DNA of 64,000 bases from Octopus vulgaris (Eukaryota). The notes beneath the pieces were generated by a model that worked only from the letters and a program-made list of their open reading frames with translations, was not told where the DNA came from and did no database searches. The stretch is taken from contig OX597842.1 of the NCBI GenBank assembly GCA_951406725.2, positions 17,112,001-17,176,000 on the forward strand. The letters run 5' to 3'. The translations under genes and the position numbers were made by a program. Numbering within the stretch: position 1 is the stretch's first letter; every line of letters begins with the position of its first letter. Shown in pieces: positions 14,031 through 27,080 of this stretch.

Positions 14031-14589
14031 ACAAAGTATTCCTGGTCAAGACACCGATTCAATCTCCAAACACACTTAGATATGTTGACGTCTATGAAAT
14101 CCTCTCACTACGATCTGATGACGTTTGTCATGTTATTTTATCATCCCTAGAATGATGTAAATCAAAGGTAATCTCGACGGAACTTGAACTCAGAAAGTGA
14201 AGATCTGTAACTAAAAGCCACTAAACTAACCCTCTAGTCATTGTGACGGTCTTGAGGGAGCATCATAGCCATGTGTTGAGAGGGATTATTTGGGGATTGA
14301 ATAATTCACCTCTGGAAACATGGGTGTTTCGTTCAACATACTTAAACAACCCTTATTCGGGTACCGTTTGAGCGGGATGGGTTACTCGACCAGAAGAAAA
14401 TCCTAACTGGGCGCCACCTGCAAGGTCATATGCTGTTTATCTTGATATGAGATCACTATGTCGCGCACATATGGTTGTGATGCATGTGCCTTGTGTACCC
14501 TTATCAGATGGGGTAGTCATGATGGGTATACTGGGCTTTATTTATTTTACCCCAGTGCCACTTTGATGGCATGCACTGCTCACTCACTC

Positions 14590-14648
<59 letters not shown>

Positions 14649-14790
14649 TGATGATGATGATGATGATGAGAAGAATAAGAAGAAGGAGAAGAAGAAGAAG
14701 AAGAAGAAGAAGAAGAAGAAGAAGAAGAAGAAGAAGAAGAAGAAGAAGAAGAAGAAGAAGAAGAAGAAGAAGAAGAAGAAGAAGAAGGAG
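14590..14790 (+). repeat. Compound trinucleotide microsatellite (AAT)n(GAT)n(GAA)n
   Basis: Read directly from the sequence. Confidence 0.95.
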
Positions 14791-16359
14791 TGAAGAAGAA
14801 CTATCAACAAGGGTATAGTAGAAGACACTTCCCCAAGGTGCCACACAGTGGGACTGAACCCGAAACCATGTGGTTCGTAAGCATGCTACTACCCACACAG
14901 CCACTCCTACGTTTATTAAATGCAGAATATTTTGAAATTTCAAAAATTCATTACCTTTTCCATAGGAAATTTATCACAGTATAAATAAATAAGACTTCTT
15001 GTAAATGAGTTTTCGGTCATTTTAAACATTCTCTGCCAGTTTGTACCTGAATCAGCAATAAATAGAAATCAACAATTTAGATGTAAATGTATAGACAAGA
15101 TGTTAGCCCTTAAATGGAAGGAACGAGTTACATAAATGTGTTGGACAAACTGGTAAAAAACGAAAAAATGTCTCTTTTGTTTCTCAGGGTAATATTTACA
15201 CTTACTTTCACTTTCATTTTGTACAAATGCTAAAATAACTGTCAGTCTCTCGCAGAATAAATTTTAAAAACTCATCATTGAAAACAGACGTAAAGTATTC
15301 ACTTTCCGGAAAAGACAAACAAGGACAGACAAATGGATTAAGTCGATTATATCGACCCCAGTGCGTAACTGGTACTTATTTAATTGACCCCGAAATGATG
15401 AAAGGCAAAGTCGACTCAGAACGTAACGGCAGACGAAATACGGCTACGCATTTCGCCCGGCGTGCTAACGATTCTGCCAGCTCGCCGCCCTCTTATTGAT
15501 TAAAATATATCAAAATCAGAACATTATGCAAGAAAATGCTGATTTACATACCGTTTTCTGGGAACGAAATATACAATGAACAGTTGCAATCATAAACTTC
15601 GATTTCTTTGTCGTACCATGTATATGACATGTACCTTTACAATAGCTAAAATACTGGCATTCGTCTTGTGAAATACACCAAATCGAACATTCTGTAACAG
15701 ACACCGTTTTTGCAGTTGTTATTCTCTGATCACTTATGCATTTTGAAGAAGAGATTTTTCTGAATAAACCATTTCTGTTCGCTGACTCTCCAGTCGTCGG
15801 AGTCACGTAAACTACAAGCGTCAAAGCTGGCAGCAACAGGAGAATCAAATGACATTGAATTGATGTTTCCATTCCTGAAAAATATCCAAGCATACAAGTA
15901 TACAGCATACATACATGTCTGTCTATTTATCTCTCTCTGTCTCTTTCTCTATTTGTCTGGCTAAACACAGAGGGGCTAAACACAGAGGGGACAAACAAGG
16001 ACAGACAAAGGGATTAAATCGATTATATCGACCCCAGTGCGTAACTGGTACTTAATTTATCGACCCCGGAAGGATGAAAGGCAAAGTCGACCTCGGCGGA
16101 TTTTCAACTCAGAACGTAGCGGCAGACGAAATGCCTATTTCTTTACTACCCACAAGAGGCTCAACACAGAGTGGACAAACAAGGACAGACAAAGGGATTA
16201 AGTCGATTATATCGACCCCAGTGCGTAACTGGTACTTAATTTATCGACCCCGAAAGGATGAAAGGCAAAGTCGACTCAGAACGTAACGGCAGACGAAATA
16301 CGGCTACGCATTTCGCCCGACGTGCTATAACGTTTCTGCCAGCTCGCCGCCTTGTGTAA

Positions 16360-16860
16360 TATTAGCCATGAGAAGGAAACAGGTTGTCAACAGTGAAGGC
16401 ATCCAATTAACAGATGGCCAGACATAAAAATCATAGAAAGGAGGAGAGAGTTATAAGTATCTAGACCTATTAGAATCTGCCAGAGTACTATCTACAGAAA
16501 TGAAAACGAAAATTGAGAAGGAGTACATCAGAAGGGTGAGGAAGCTAATGAAATCAAAGTAAATGGTTCGAATCTAGCGAAGGCCGTAAATACTCGGGTC
16601 GTATTATTACTTAGATACTCAGCAGCATTTGTAGATTGGGGATAACTGAATTAGCAAAGCTTGACAGAAGAACTAGGAAGGAATTCAATATGAATGGAGG
16701 ACTCGACCCAAGGGCAAGAATAGCAAGATTATACATACCTAGAAAGTACAGAAGAGGGTTAATATAAGCAGAAGGCTGCGTGGAGTTTGCTCGAGTAGAT
16801 ATTGACTCCTTTATAGGAAATAGTGAAGAAAGTTTATTAAGAGCTGCTAGAGTCGTAAGC
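16360..16860 (+). mobile_element. Degenerate non-LTR retrotransposon RT C-terminal fragment (R4/NeSL-like)
   Basis: Manual translation gives YKYL..E, KEYIRRVRKLMKSK, LDRRTRKEFNMNGGLDPRARIARLYIPRKYRRGL, with frameshifts. Confidence 0.7.
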
Positions 16861-18849
16861 ATTCATAGAATTATGAAAACAAATTTAGTAATTATCTCTC
16901 TTTTCATTCTTAATATCATTAATTCACTTATCTTTCAGATTCATGACTGTTACAGAGTTTGTTGAGGAAGCTTCACTTTTAGTTAAAAATCGACCAACCG
17001 GACATATCTCACTGGAAACAATATCTTCTGCCTTTTAATATTTCTTTTTTTCTAGTTTCGATAAACAGGATTTCTTTTATTCCTTTCTATTCTCTTCGTT
17101 CCGTCAAATTAAGGATAAAATTAGGATATTTCACAGTTCAAGCTTCAAGAAGATGATATCTCCTTAAAACAATATCTTCAGATTTTTTACTCTCTTATTA
17201 AGATAGATGTACAACTTGACCTTTCTTTCCCTCTGACTCTAGAATTTGCCCGCAGGTTATTTCGCTTTTCTCAAATACGTTCGCAAACTTGGAGTCTTAT
17301 ATTGTTGTTGCTTTCTTTCCAAAATACTTTGCTTTCACGATTATTTATAAATTATCAGTTTCACTCTCAGCTTCGTTACTTTTCCAATCAATGACCGCTT
17401 CTATTCACCCGTCTCCGCAACAATACCTCTTGAAACAAGCTGCCTGTATTTATAAGCTTAGCAATATATCGATAACTTTCGATTAATTTGTTTTGCCTTT
17501 TGCCCTGGATATATCATATTTAATGTTATTGGATGAAGTGCGGTCAATCATAACAAGCAGAGATTTAAGACCTTGAATTAATGAAGGCTTGTTCATGTTT
17601 GTATTTCGATGTCAAGCGGATATTCATAATGTCTTTCGAGAAAAGTACGGATGTTAACTAACAAACTTCACTGTTAGTGCTAAATTGACCTTCGATCGAT
17701 AAATTGACCTTCGATCGATAAAGCTGCTAATAAAATATTAAAGTTGATTCACATTGACGTATCCTACAAACTTTAAACATATAGGCGCAGGAGTGGCTAT
17801 ATAGGTGCAGGAGTGGCTGTGTGGTAAGTAGCTTGCTAACCAACCACATGGTTCCGGCTTCAGTACCACTGCGTGGTACCTTGGGCAAGTGTCTTTTACT
17901 TTAGCGGACCGACCAATGCCTTGTGAGTGGATTTGGTAGACGGAAACTGAAAGAAGCCCGTCGTATATATATATATATAAAATTATTAATTTATTATATG
18001 ACGGAACGCACGCATCCATTTCTAAGTAAGATTGTTCTTAATATTAATAATGATGCGAACTCTTAACCTTTCTCTCCCCCTCCCTTTCTCAGCCTTCATT
18101 CTTTTGGCTTTCCTTTTCTTCTACCTTACTGTCTCTCCCTCTCTCTCTCATTCTTCATTCTTTTCTCTACAACCATTCCCTTTTTTCTCTCCCTTTCTCT
18201 TACTCCTCCTCCTCCCTCCCGTCGCGGTCACGTGATGAGAAGGCTACTACTGTCTTTCCTCTCCTGGTTTCCTTCAAGTAAAGACGGTAAATCTGTTGCT
18301 CCCTGCCGTTCTCAAATAATAGCTTTCGTAAAATTTTTTTATCTCGTTTGCCTTAACAGCCCTTCTTGTTTGTATTACTGTTATTCTCCGTGTCCTGTCT
18401 TTTACTGTTTATATTTTGTACTGTCGTTACTGTCCTGTTTTTGTTAACACTTTTACCCCTCAGCAAAAAAATCTCAAATTTTATTTAATTTGATTTTCGC
18501 GGGAAGGAAAGTTTTCATAGAAGTCATGTATCGGCTTGACCTTCGAAACGTGGAGTAGATGAAACTAAGGCGACTGAAGAAGGGGAATTTTCCTTGTTTT
18601 GTATGTCCTGTACTCTATTTTTTCGTTGTTTAAAAAAAATGTCCATTTCCTTGGTTTTGCATTTATGTTTTCGTTTCTCATTGTGATCGACCTATTTTTT
18701 GATGTCCTGTACTCATATATGCATGTATATATACATGTCGAGGTAGGTACGTACATATATGTATGTATATATGCTTAAGTTTTATTCATTTATTAATTTA
18801 TTATATGATGGAACGCACGCATCCATTTCTAAGTAAGATTGTTCTTAAT

Positions 18850-18932
<83 letters not shown>

Positions 18933-19439
18933 CGCAGGAGTAGCTGTGTGGTAAGTAGCTTGTTTACCAACCACATGGTTCCAGGTTCAGTCCCACTGCG
19001 TGGCACCTTGGACAAGTGTCTTCTACTATAGCCTCGGGCCAACCAAAGCCTTGTGAGTGGATTTGGTAGATTGAAACTGAAAGTAGCACGTCGTATATAT
19101 GTATATATATATATATATATATGCGTGTGTGAGTTTGTGTGTCTTTGTTTGTCCCCCTAGCATTGCTTGACAACCGAGGTGGTGTGTTTATGTCCCTGTT
19201 ACTTAGCGGTTCGGCAAAAGAGACCGATAGAAAAAGTACTAGGCTTACAAAGAATAAGTCCTGCGGTTGATTTGCTCGACTACAGTAGGTGCTCCAGCAT
19301 GGCCGCAGTCAAATGACTGAAACAAGTAAAAAAGAGTAAAGAGAGAGCTTGTTTACCAATCACATGGTTCCGGGTTCAGTCCCACTGCGTGGAACCTTGG
19401 GCAAGTGTCTTCTACTATAGCATCGGGCTATATATATAT

Positions 19440-19489
19440 ATATATAGACGTATAGAGGGAGACAAACAGACATATAGAGAGACAGATAA

Positions 19490-19583
<94 letters not shown>

Positions 19584-21520
19584 GTGTGCGGGCGTGTGTC
19601 TGGGACGGGATACTTTCAGTTTTCGTCAATAATACATACATACGCAAGGGTTTTTTCGGTTCAGATTTAAACTAAATTGCCCCTGCCGCGGGTGCCACGC
19701 AGTGGGACAGAACCCAGAGCTATGTGGTTGGAAAGGAAACCTCTTACTCTATAGGAGGACCTGCACCTAAAATCAGTGCCACTCCTGTGACGCGAATGGA
19801 ACCGGTGGCGCCTGGATAAGCCACGAATCCTAACTTCTATATCCTTAAATATTACTCATTATCTGAAACTTTACTATTTTTACACTGGTAGAAAATCATG
19901 ATTTTTCTTAAGCAAAGATATAAGATTGATTCGATGTTACTTAAGCTTTGTCTTCTCATTTCGTTAAAAACGAAAGTGAAAGTCGAATCGAGATTAGATA
20001 GCGGCATATTAATTCGAGAGAGATTCATTGATGCTCTCATTGACAGCTCTTTGTCTATAAATGATTTCTTTTATGGACGTAAGGAACATACGAGACACAC
20101 AGACCAAGTACAATATCCACCACGGTGGGATTCTAAAGAGAATGTAAAGGGATGTAACTGAATACTAAAGATATTTTATCAGTCGATTCATGATTTCTAC
20201 AAATCCATCCATGTCCTTTCCGTTCTCTGTGGAACTCAGAAATAATAACTGTAAACCGAATGTAACGAAAGCACAAGACAGCTACAGTATTCTAGATTAT
20301 AGAATTATAAAAACAATTTCAGTAATTATCCCTTTCTATTGATTCATATTATATGCCTCTTGTAAGAATAAAATACTTACTCTATCAGGTCTAGTCAGAA
20401 AACCAAACCGGATAAAGAAAAACTGGATTAAGTTTTGAATTTAGACGGCAAAATCACTTGGAATTCATTGAAATATTCCTGGCACCAGACAAGAAAAATT
20501 TGCCCAGTGTTATTTATTTTAATATTCAACAGATCGCTAATCCTTATCCTAAGACTTATTACCCAATTTTCATATCTATTCATTTATTTTAAATCTGTCT
20601 ATCTACATTAAATCCTAAATCACAGTAAAATTCGAAATCAGAACGTTAAGTTTCAAGACAGAGTAGAAAGGAGAGTTGATTAGTCGATCCATGATTTCTA
20701 CAAATCCATCTCCGTCCTTTCCAATCTCATCGGAAGTGGAAAATGAAAATGGTAAACCGAGTGTAATAAAAGCACAAGTCAGCTACAGTATTTTATATTA
20801 TAGAATTATAAAAACAATTTCATTAATTATCTCTCTTTTCATTCTTAATATTATTAATTCACTTACCTTTCAGATTCATGACTGTTACAGGGTTGTTAAG
20901 TAAACTTCACTTTTAGTTGCAAAATCGACCAACAAGACGTGTCCCACTGCAAACAATAAGCTTCTGCTTTTTAATGTTCCCTTTTCCTAGTCTCGATAAA
21001 CAAGCTTTCTTTTATTAATTCCCACTCTCTTCGTTCTGATAATTTAAGAATAAATTCAGTATATTTCACAGTTGATTTCTTTTTGCATTGGCTTCGAAAA
21101 GACGATGTCTTTAAAACAATCTCTCCCGAGTTCTTCCACTCTTAAAAAGATTGATGGCCAACTTGAACTTTCTTTCCCTCTTACTCCAGAAGTCGTCGCC
21201 AGGTAATTTCACTTTTCGTTAAATAAGTTCTTAAATTCCAGGTCTTATATTCGTTTCTCTTTCTCTCCAGAATGCTTTGCTCTTCAGAAGGTAAGTAAAA
21301 TATCAGTTTTACCCTTAGCTTTGTTAGGTTTTCAATAACAACTGTTTCTATCCATCGATCTTAGTAAATAAACAGCTTGAAAGAAGTCGACTGTGTTTGT
21401 ATGCATGGTGAGCGAAACGATTATACTTTAACTTGGCAATATATCGATAGCTTTGAAGTTTTAATTATAACACTAGATAAATTACACTAAATGCCTCGAA
21501 AAACCTGTGGTCAACGAGTA
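19440..21520 (+). repeat. Segmental duplication block, direct copy at about 37860-39960 (partial copies about 16855-17490 and 43905-44340)
   Basis: Collinear, high-identity sequence. Paralogous ORFs are 19898-20161 with 38436-38663 and 20676-20903 with 39179-39406. Confidence 0.9.
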
Positions 21521-21521
21521 C

Positions 21522-21860
21522 AGGGAAAGAATCGAAATCCAAGTCAGTGAATGTAGTGAAGATGAAGCTCTTATCTGGTCACCAGCCCCCAGATCTCAAT
21601 ATTATTGAACATTTACGGTGCATTATAGAAAAAACAAGTTAGGAGTCGATATCCTCCACCATCATCTCTACAAGAAATGAAAACTGTTTTAACTGAAGCC
21701 ATTCCTTTCGAAATTCCTTTCGAAGCGATTCAAACTTTATACGCGTCTATACCTCATAGAATTCAAGCTGTAATTACTGCCAAAGGTGGTCCTACACCAT
21801 ATTAAACTATATTTGTTTTAAATTTTAAGGTGTTTCCATTATTTTTCTCCAACTCCTGTA
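21522..21860 (+). mobile_element. Tc1/mariner transposase C-terminal remnant with 3' TIR
   Basis: Reads W....PDLNIIEHL..., RSRYPPPSSLQEMKTVL and IQTLYASIPHRIQAVITAKGGPTPY*, ending in ...CTG|TA. It is absent from the paralogous block at 39.9 kb. Confidence 0.85.
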
Positions 21861-21916
21861 CATATATACATACATACATACATACATACACACATACATA
21901 CATACATACACACACA

Positions 21917-21950
<34 letters not shown>

Positions 21951-22236
21951 CACACACATACATACACACTTTCATACATACATGAATACATATACTCACA
22001 TACATATATACACACATACATACACGAATACATACACTCACATACATACATACACACATACATACATGAATATATACACACACATACATATATACACACA
22101 TACATACATATATACACACACATACATACACACATTCATACATATATGAATACATACACACACATACATATATACACACATACATATATGAATATATACA
22201 CGCACATACATATATACACACATTCATACATACATG

Positions 22237-23060
22237 GAAGCATGCTGTGTTACAGTGCGTCGCTTCATCCCCCATTTCTAAGGGATTCCTTGGCGGACGA
22301 CCCCTTTTTACAATTTAGGCGACAACCCTACAACCCATTGCTCTGTTTGGGCAGTCGTTGGTAGTGAGGAATTTACGGGATCAAAGTGCAAATCCTAACT
22401 CGCCCCCTTTTGGTCGCTTTTTACGAAACCCAGACGAAACGTTCGGTCTATTCATTGATATGTCAGTCCCCTCACAGCCCTAGGGCAACATGAAATACAG
22501 AACTTTGCTCACGGAAAACACACGCCATCCCGTCCAGGAATCGATCGCACGGTCAGCGAATCATGAGTGCAAATCCTGATCCCTAAGCCACGCACATTCA
22601 CTGATGAAAACAATTGTAAACGTTGGGCTTATATTTTAATATTCAATAAAACAATAATCATTTTCCCTGATTGTGAGTATCTTATCACTTCTGGATACTA
22701 ATCGATACTAAGAACTTAACTAGATTATACTCCACGGAAAACATGTCTACTTAAGAAGAAAGAAAGAAAATATACTTTCAACAAATAAATCACGTTTGAC
22801 TACATATTGAATAGATTCAAGGATGATTATCGCAATCAGCAGCCGGATATTATTAATTAATATTTTCCATATATTCTTTGAAAGTGATTATGCCTCAGCG
22901 TTGTAAAGATTTCACGAATATTTCTTGTTCGAACTTGTTACTTTTCTTAAATTAATGAGGCATTTTTCCTATCTTTAAAATTCATTTAATTTGTGATTTT
23001 ATCATGACGTGGCAGATGTATCATTTTAATGAGGATGTGTGTGTGTGGACGTGTACACGT
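22237..23060 (+). repeat. Triplicated block (paralogs about 46965-49320 and 53832-55170)
   Basis: Shared collinear sequence including GCGTCGCT.CA.CC.CCATTTCT, GATCAAAGTGCAAAT and CCCTAAGCCAC.CACATTCACTGATGAAAA. Confidence 0.8.
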
Positions 23061-23153
23061 GTGTGTGTGTGTGTGTGTATTTATGCGTGTATATATATAT
23101 ATACATATATACATATATATATATATATACATATATATATGTATGTATGTATG

Positions 23154-23191
<38 letters not shown>

Positions 23192-23273
23192 TCTATATAT
23201 ATATATATGTATATTTATATATCTATCTATCAATCAATCTATCTATCTATCTATATATCTATCTATCTATCTA

Positions 23274-23310
<37 letters not shown>

Positions 23311-23399
23311 AGTAAACACATAAATGTGAAACAAGGTGGAAATGAGAGTACATTAGCCAACATAATGTACCTTACATTAGCCAACATAATAGGAAGCTA

Positions 23400-24995
23400 A
23401 TTGAGATTAGACATGGTGCCGAGCCCATTAAGAAATGTAATTTCAAAAACGAAAGCTCCTGTCCGTTAGAAGGGAAATGTCTAGTGAAAGGAGTAGTTTA
23501 TAGAGCCAAGGTGCAAGTGGAAGGCTCATCGGAATACAAGACATACACAGGGGCTTCAGAAAATTCATTTAAAACAAGATTTTATTCTCATAAAAATTCA
23601 TTTAAATACCCAGAGAATAGGAAGAAAACCAGCCTAGCAAAATATGTCTGGGAACTAAAAGAAAAGGAAGCCCCACCTTTCAACGTGACATGGAGCATTC
23701 TGGACAGGGCGGCACCATACAGGTATGGAGCTTACAAAAATAATTTCAAGTGCAGACTTTGTCTATTAGAAAAAATGTACATCTTATTCAAAGACAATAA
23801 TTCTTTGAATCAAAGAAGTGAGTTAATGAACTTATGTAGGCACGCGGCTAAATTTAAAATGTCGAATATAAATATACCATATGGATAGAGTATATATTTT
23901 GTATTTTTGATTTTTGATTTTGATTTTGACCCTTGAGCGCTACGATGGATTTTGTTTCCAAGCTTTGCGGATCTTAATCCGTATAGCAAAGTCTTATGTT
24001 TCTACATATATATTAGGAAAAACCTACAAACTTTGTTTTCATGTTATTGTATTGCATAGGATTACCTTGATTATTTATATTACCGTGATTATTTATAAAT
24101 GACCCAAAATAGGATGTTATATTTTATTTTATGTCTTTCGTATATATTTTTATTAATGCACCCATTTTTAAAAGCAATGTTTTTTAAAAAAAGCAATGTT
24201 GTCAAAATTAGAATGTTTATATAAGTATGTGTATAGCAAAGCATATGTATTTGTAAGCATGCGTATCTGTGTATGTGTAAGTGAAAGTATGTTTGTGCTT
24301 AAGCACACATATACACGACGGTATGTATATGTATCCATTCAAACTTGTGTATGTATACTGGTCTCTATAGATGCCAATAACATCGTTACACTGCTTATTT
24401 CGTTTTTTCCCCACCCCTCCTTCGTTCCTTTTTCTCTCTTTCCCTTTCTTTCGTTCCCCCTCCTTGCTCAGTATATGAGAATTGCTACATAGATGAATTT
24501 TAGCTTGCGTGCGAGATGGTTTGCGTGAATATATGTACACATGCTTTTATGTGTATATTTAGACTTATATTCATACGTCTGTATATGTATGTATGGCGTT
24601 TACGCGCATCCTTTTGTGTATGTTGATATATATATGTAGATTTTAATATAAATATGTATTGCAGTATTTATAACAGGTTTAATTTCTGTGCATTAATTTG
24701 CACTGTCTTCATTAACGTCAATAGGTTTTTTCCACGGATTTTATAATTTTTATAATTTTTATAAGTTTTTTTATATATATATACATATATTTTTGACCTT
24801 TTTGTTTATCGCTCGAAGATTGACCGTTTTTTCTAAAGGGCCAATCAAACAAGTCCATTTCTTTTTAACGGTGTAGCGTTTGTAAGAGTATAGATTGAAT
24901 TGATATATCAGTTCCATTCTAGCAAAAACTGTCTGATGAACGGCAACGAGAAACTCAGAGTAACAGATTTTGTTGAATTTTCTGCTGCTTAAAAT
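23400..24995 (+). mobile_element. 5'-truncated Penelope-like element (Naiad-type GIY-YIG C-terminus, 3' UTR and hammerhead)
   Basis: ORF to 23888 reads CNFKNESSCPLEGKCLVKGVVYRAKV...YTGASENSFKTRFYSH...SLAKYVWELK...WSIL...CRLCLLE. A hammerhead motif follows at 24929-24966. Flanked by (TA)n. Confidence 0.88.
24929..24966 (+). ncRNA. Minimal type I hammerhead ribozyme
   Basis: CTGT-CTGATGA-ACG GCAA CGA-GAAA-CTCAGAG-TA-ACAG: 4-bp stem I, canonical core and GUA cleavage triplet. The base of stem II is mismatched. Confidence 0.75.
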
Positions 24996-25020
24996 AAATA
25001 TATATATATATATGTATGTA

Positions 25021-25053
<33 letters not shown>

Positions 25054-25055
<2 letters not shown>

Positions 25056-25240
25056 CCTCGTGTGTACCGTTGGCGATTTTTTTCCTCTGTCTTCCCTTCT
25101 CTGGATCTTTCCTTCTCCTATGTTTCCGACGAAGAACTCCGCTCAAAACGTCAAACCCTCCTTCTTCCCTTCCTTCCTGTAATACTATATTTGTTCCACG
25201 TCCTTGCGTTGTTTTCTGTGCTTTCATATTTGGATTTACT
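25054..25240 (+). repeat. Short interspersed repeat with a degenerate minimal hammerhead (25122-25156)
   Basis: GTTT-CCGACGA-AGAACTCCGCTC-AAAA-CG-TC-AAAC. Stem I is intact but the core has substitutions (U4C, G12A). Confidence 0.45.
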
Positions 25241-26250
25241 ATATATATATATATACATATATATGTATATACATATACAGGCATAAATACACACGCACGC
25301 GTAAACGTGCACACACAGACACACACACACATACAACTCCCAGCTCGCTACCTTATCCTTCATAATAATAATAATAATCCATTTCTACTATAGGCACATG
25401 GCCTGAAAGTTGGGAGACGGAGGATAGTCGATTACTTCGACCCCAATATTCGACTGGCTCTTATTTTACTGACCCCGAAAGAACAAAAAGCCAAGTCGAC
25501 CTCGTCGGAATTTGAACTCAGAACGCAGCGACAGAAGAAATATCGCTAAGTTTTTCCCCCAGTGTGCTAACGATTCAACCAGCTCACAGAGAGAATGGGT
25601 GAGGTGAATGGTTGTATAGATCACAAATCTTAAAATGTTTGTAGAAGCTTTTTTAAGTTTTGGTTCGGTCAGTTGCTAAATAAGATTCCTTACGGTGGAG
25701 TCACACCTTTAACATTAATGTTGTATGTTGTAGCCGATATAGAGAAGAGAAGCGTTTCAGAAATATGACAGACGAGTCTTTTTCTCAGAAAAAAGTGTTT
25801 TATTTAACAACACTAAAATAAATAACTGAGTCACAGAGAAAAAATTACAACAGCAAAGAAACAACATAGAATAATCACTCTTTGAATATTACATTTGGAA
25901 AGCAAATACATAAACTTGTCTTTGTGTGCAACAGAATATTTCAGAAAATATATTAAGCATAAGAAGGGATAAAAAGATGCGAATGTGTATATATATGTGA
26001 TAAATATTTTGCATTTCCGAGCTGAACAATGGTATATACAAATGAAGAAGATAAACTCTGAAATAAAAAAATTAACGCCGGTTTTTACATTGTAAAATGT
26101 GCCAGAGTGTTAGCATTGTGGTCAGTTAAAAACGCTACAACGGACAGGTCACTATCTACCAACATATTTCGATTCAAATCCGATAATGTAGTGTCAACAA
26201 CAACGGTCGTGTAGAATGTGTCCAACAAAACCTTCTGCTATCTAATAATG

Positions 26251-26308
<58 letters not shown>

Positions 26309-26368
26309 TAGTAATTATTATTATTATTATTATTATTACTATTACTATTGCTATTATTATTATTATTA

Positions 26369-26421
<53 letters not shown>

Positions 26422-26551
26422 GTATGTATGTATGCATGCATGCATGTATGTATGTATGTATGTATGTATGTATGTATGTATGTATGTATGTATGTGTGTG
26501 TGTATGTGCGCATGTATGTAAGAATATGCAGTTTCTGGAATAATATATATT

Positions 26552-27006
26552 CTAGTTCAAACTCACTGAGAGGACCATAACTTCGTAACTCTCAGATACA
26601 GCTGGAAAAAAAAATAATGAAAAAATTGTTAGAAATAATGAAATTAACTCTAAATTTCCCGATGATCATCACACACACACAAACACCCCCAACCATATTT
26701 ATATATATATATATATCACATGACCACGTGACCGACCAGACCATCAGATGTTGTTACACATCGCTGGTCACAATGCGTTCGCATTGTTTTAGCCTTCGAA
26801 TGACGCCACCCCGTTGGCAAAGCGAGCAGGCCAACAGAAGAAAGAGTGGTGAAAGAGTACAGAAGGGATCACCACCCCCTGCCGGAGCCTCGTGGGGCTT
26901 TTAAGTGTTTTCCCTCAATAAACACACACAACGCCCGGTCTGGGAATCGAAACCGTAATCCTGCGACCGCGAGTCCGCTGCCCTAACCACTAGGCCATTG
27001 CGCCTC

Positions 27007-27080
<74 letters not shown>

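Larger units (their letters stand above)
9630..15872 (-). pseudogene. PAN/Apple-like secreted protein gene, copy 1 (exons 15872-15552, 15046-14955, about 12233-12108 remnant, 10743-10637, 9679-9630)
   Basis: Exons are homologous to copy 3 and have GT/AG sites. Exon 1 carries a 7-nt frameshifting deletion (CAT GG TAC versus CAT CGA TCG CTT TAC). The exon-3 acceptor is removed by a deletion. Later exons read GTNWQRMFKMTENSFTRSLIYLYCDKFPMEK, NYPYFSAEFDTNWTLEAYRESGNVEKYDIPMKDPSG and NVAWRYSQLVFSVLLK*. Confidence 0.82.

Noticed and set aside
14458-14943. Poly-N/D/K, poly-F and poly-L/I ORFs
   Set aside because: Trinucleotide microsatellite inside an intron of gene copy 1.
18538-18590. Permuted hammerhead-like CTTC-GAAA-CG...CTGAAGA-AGGGG
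   Set aside because: No stem I pairing and a GUG triplet, so support is insufficient.
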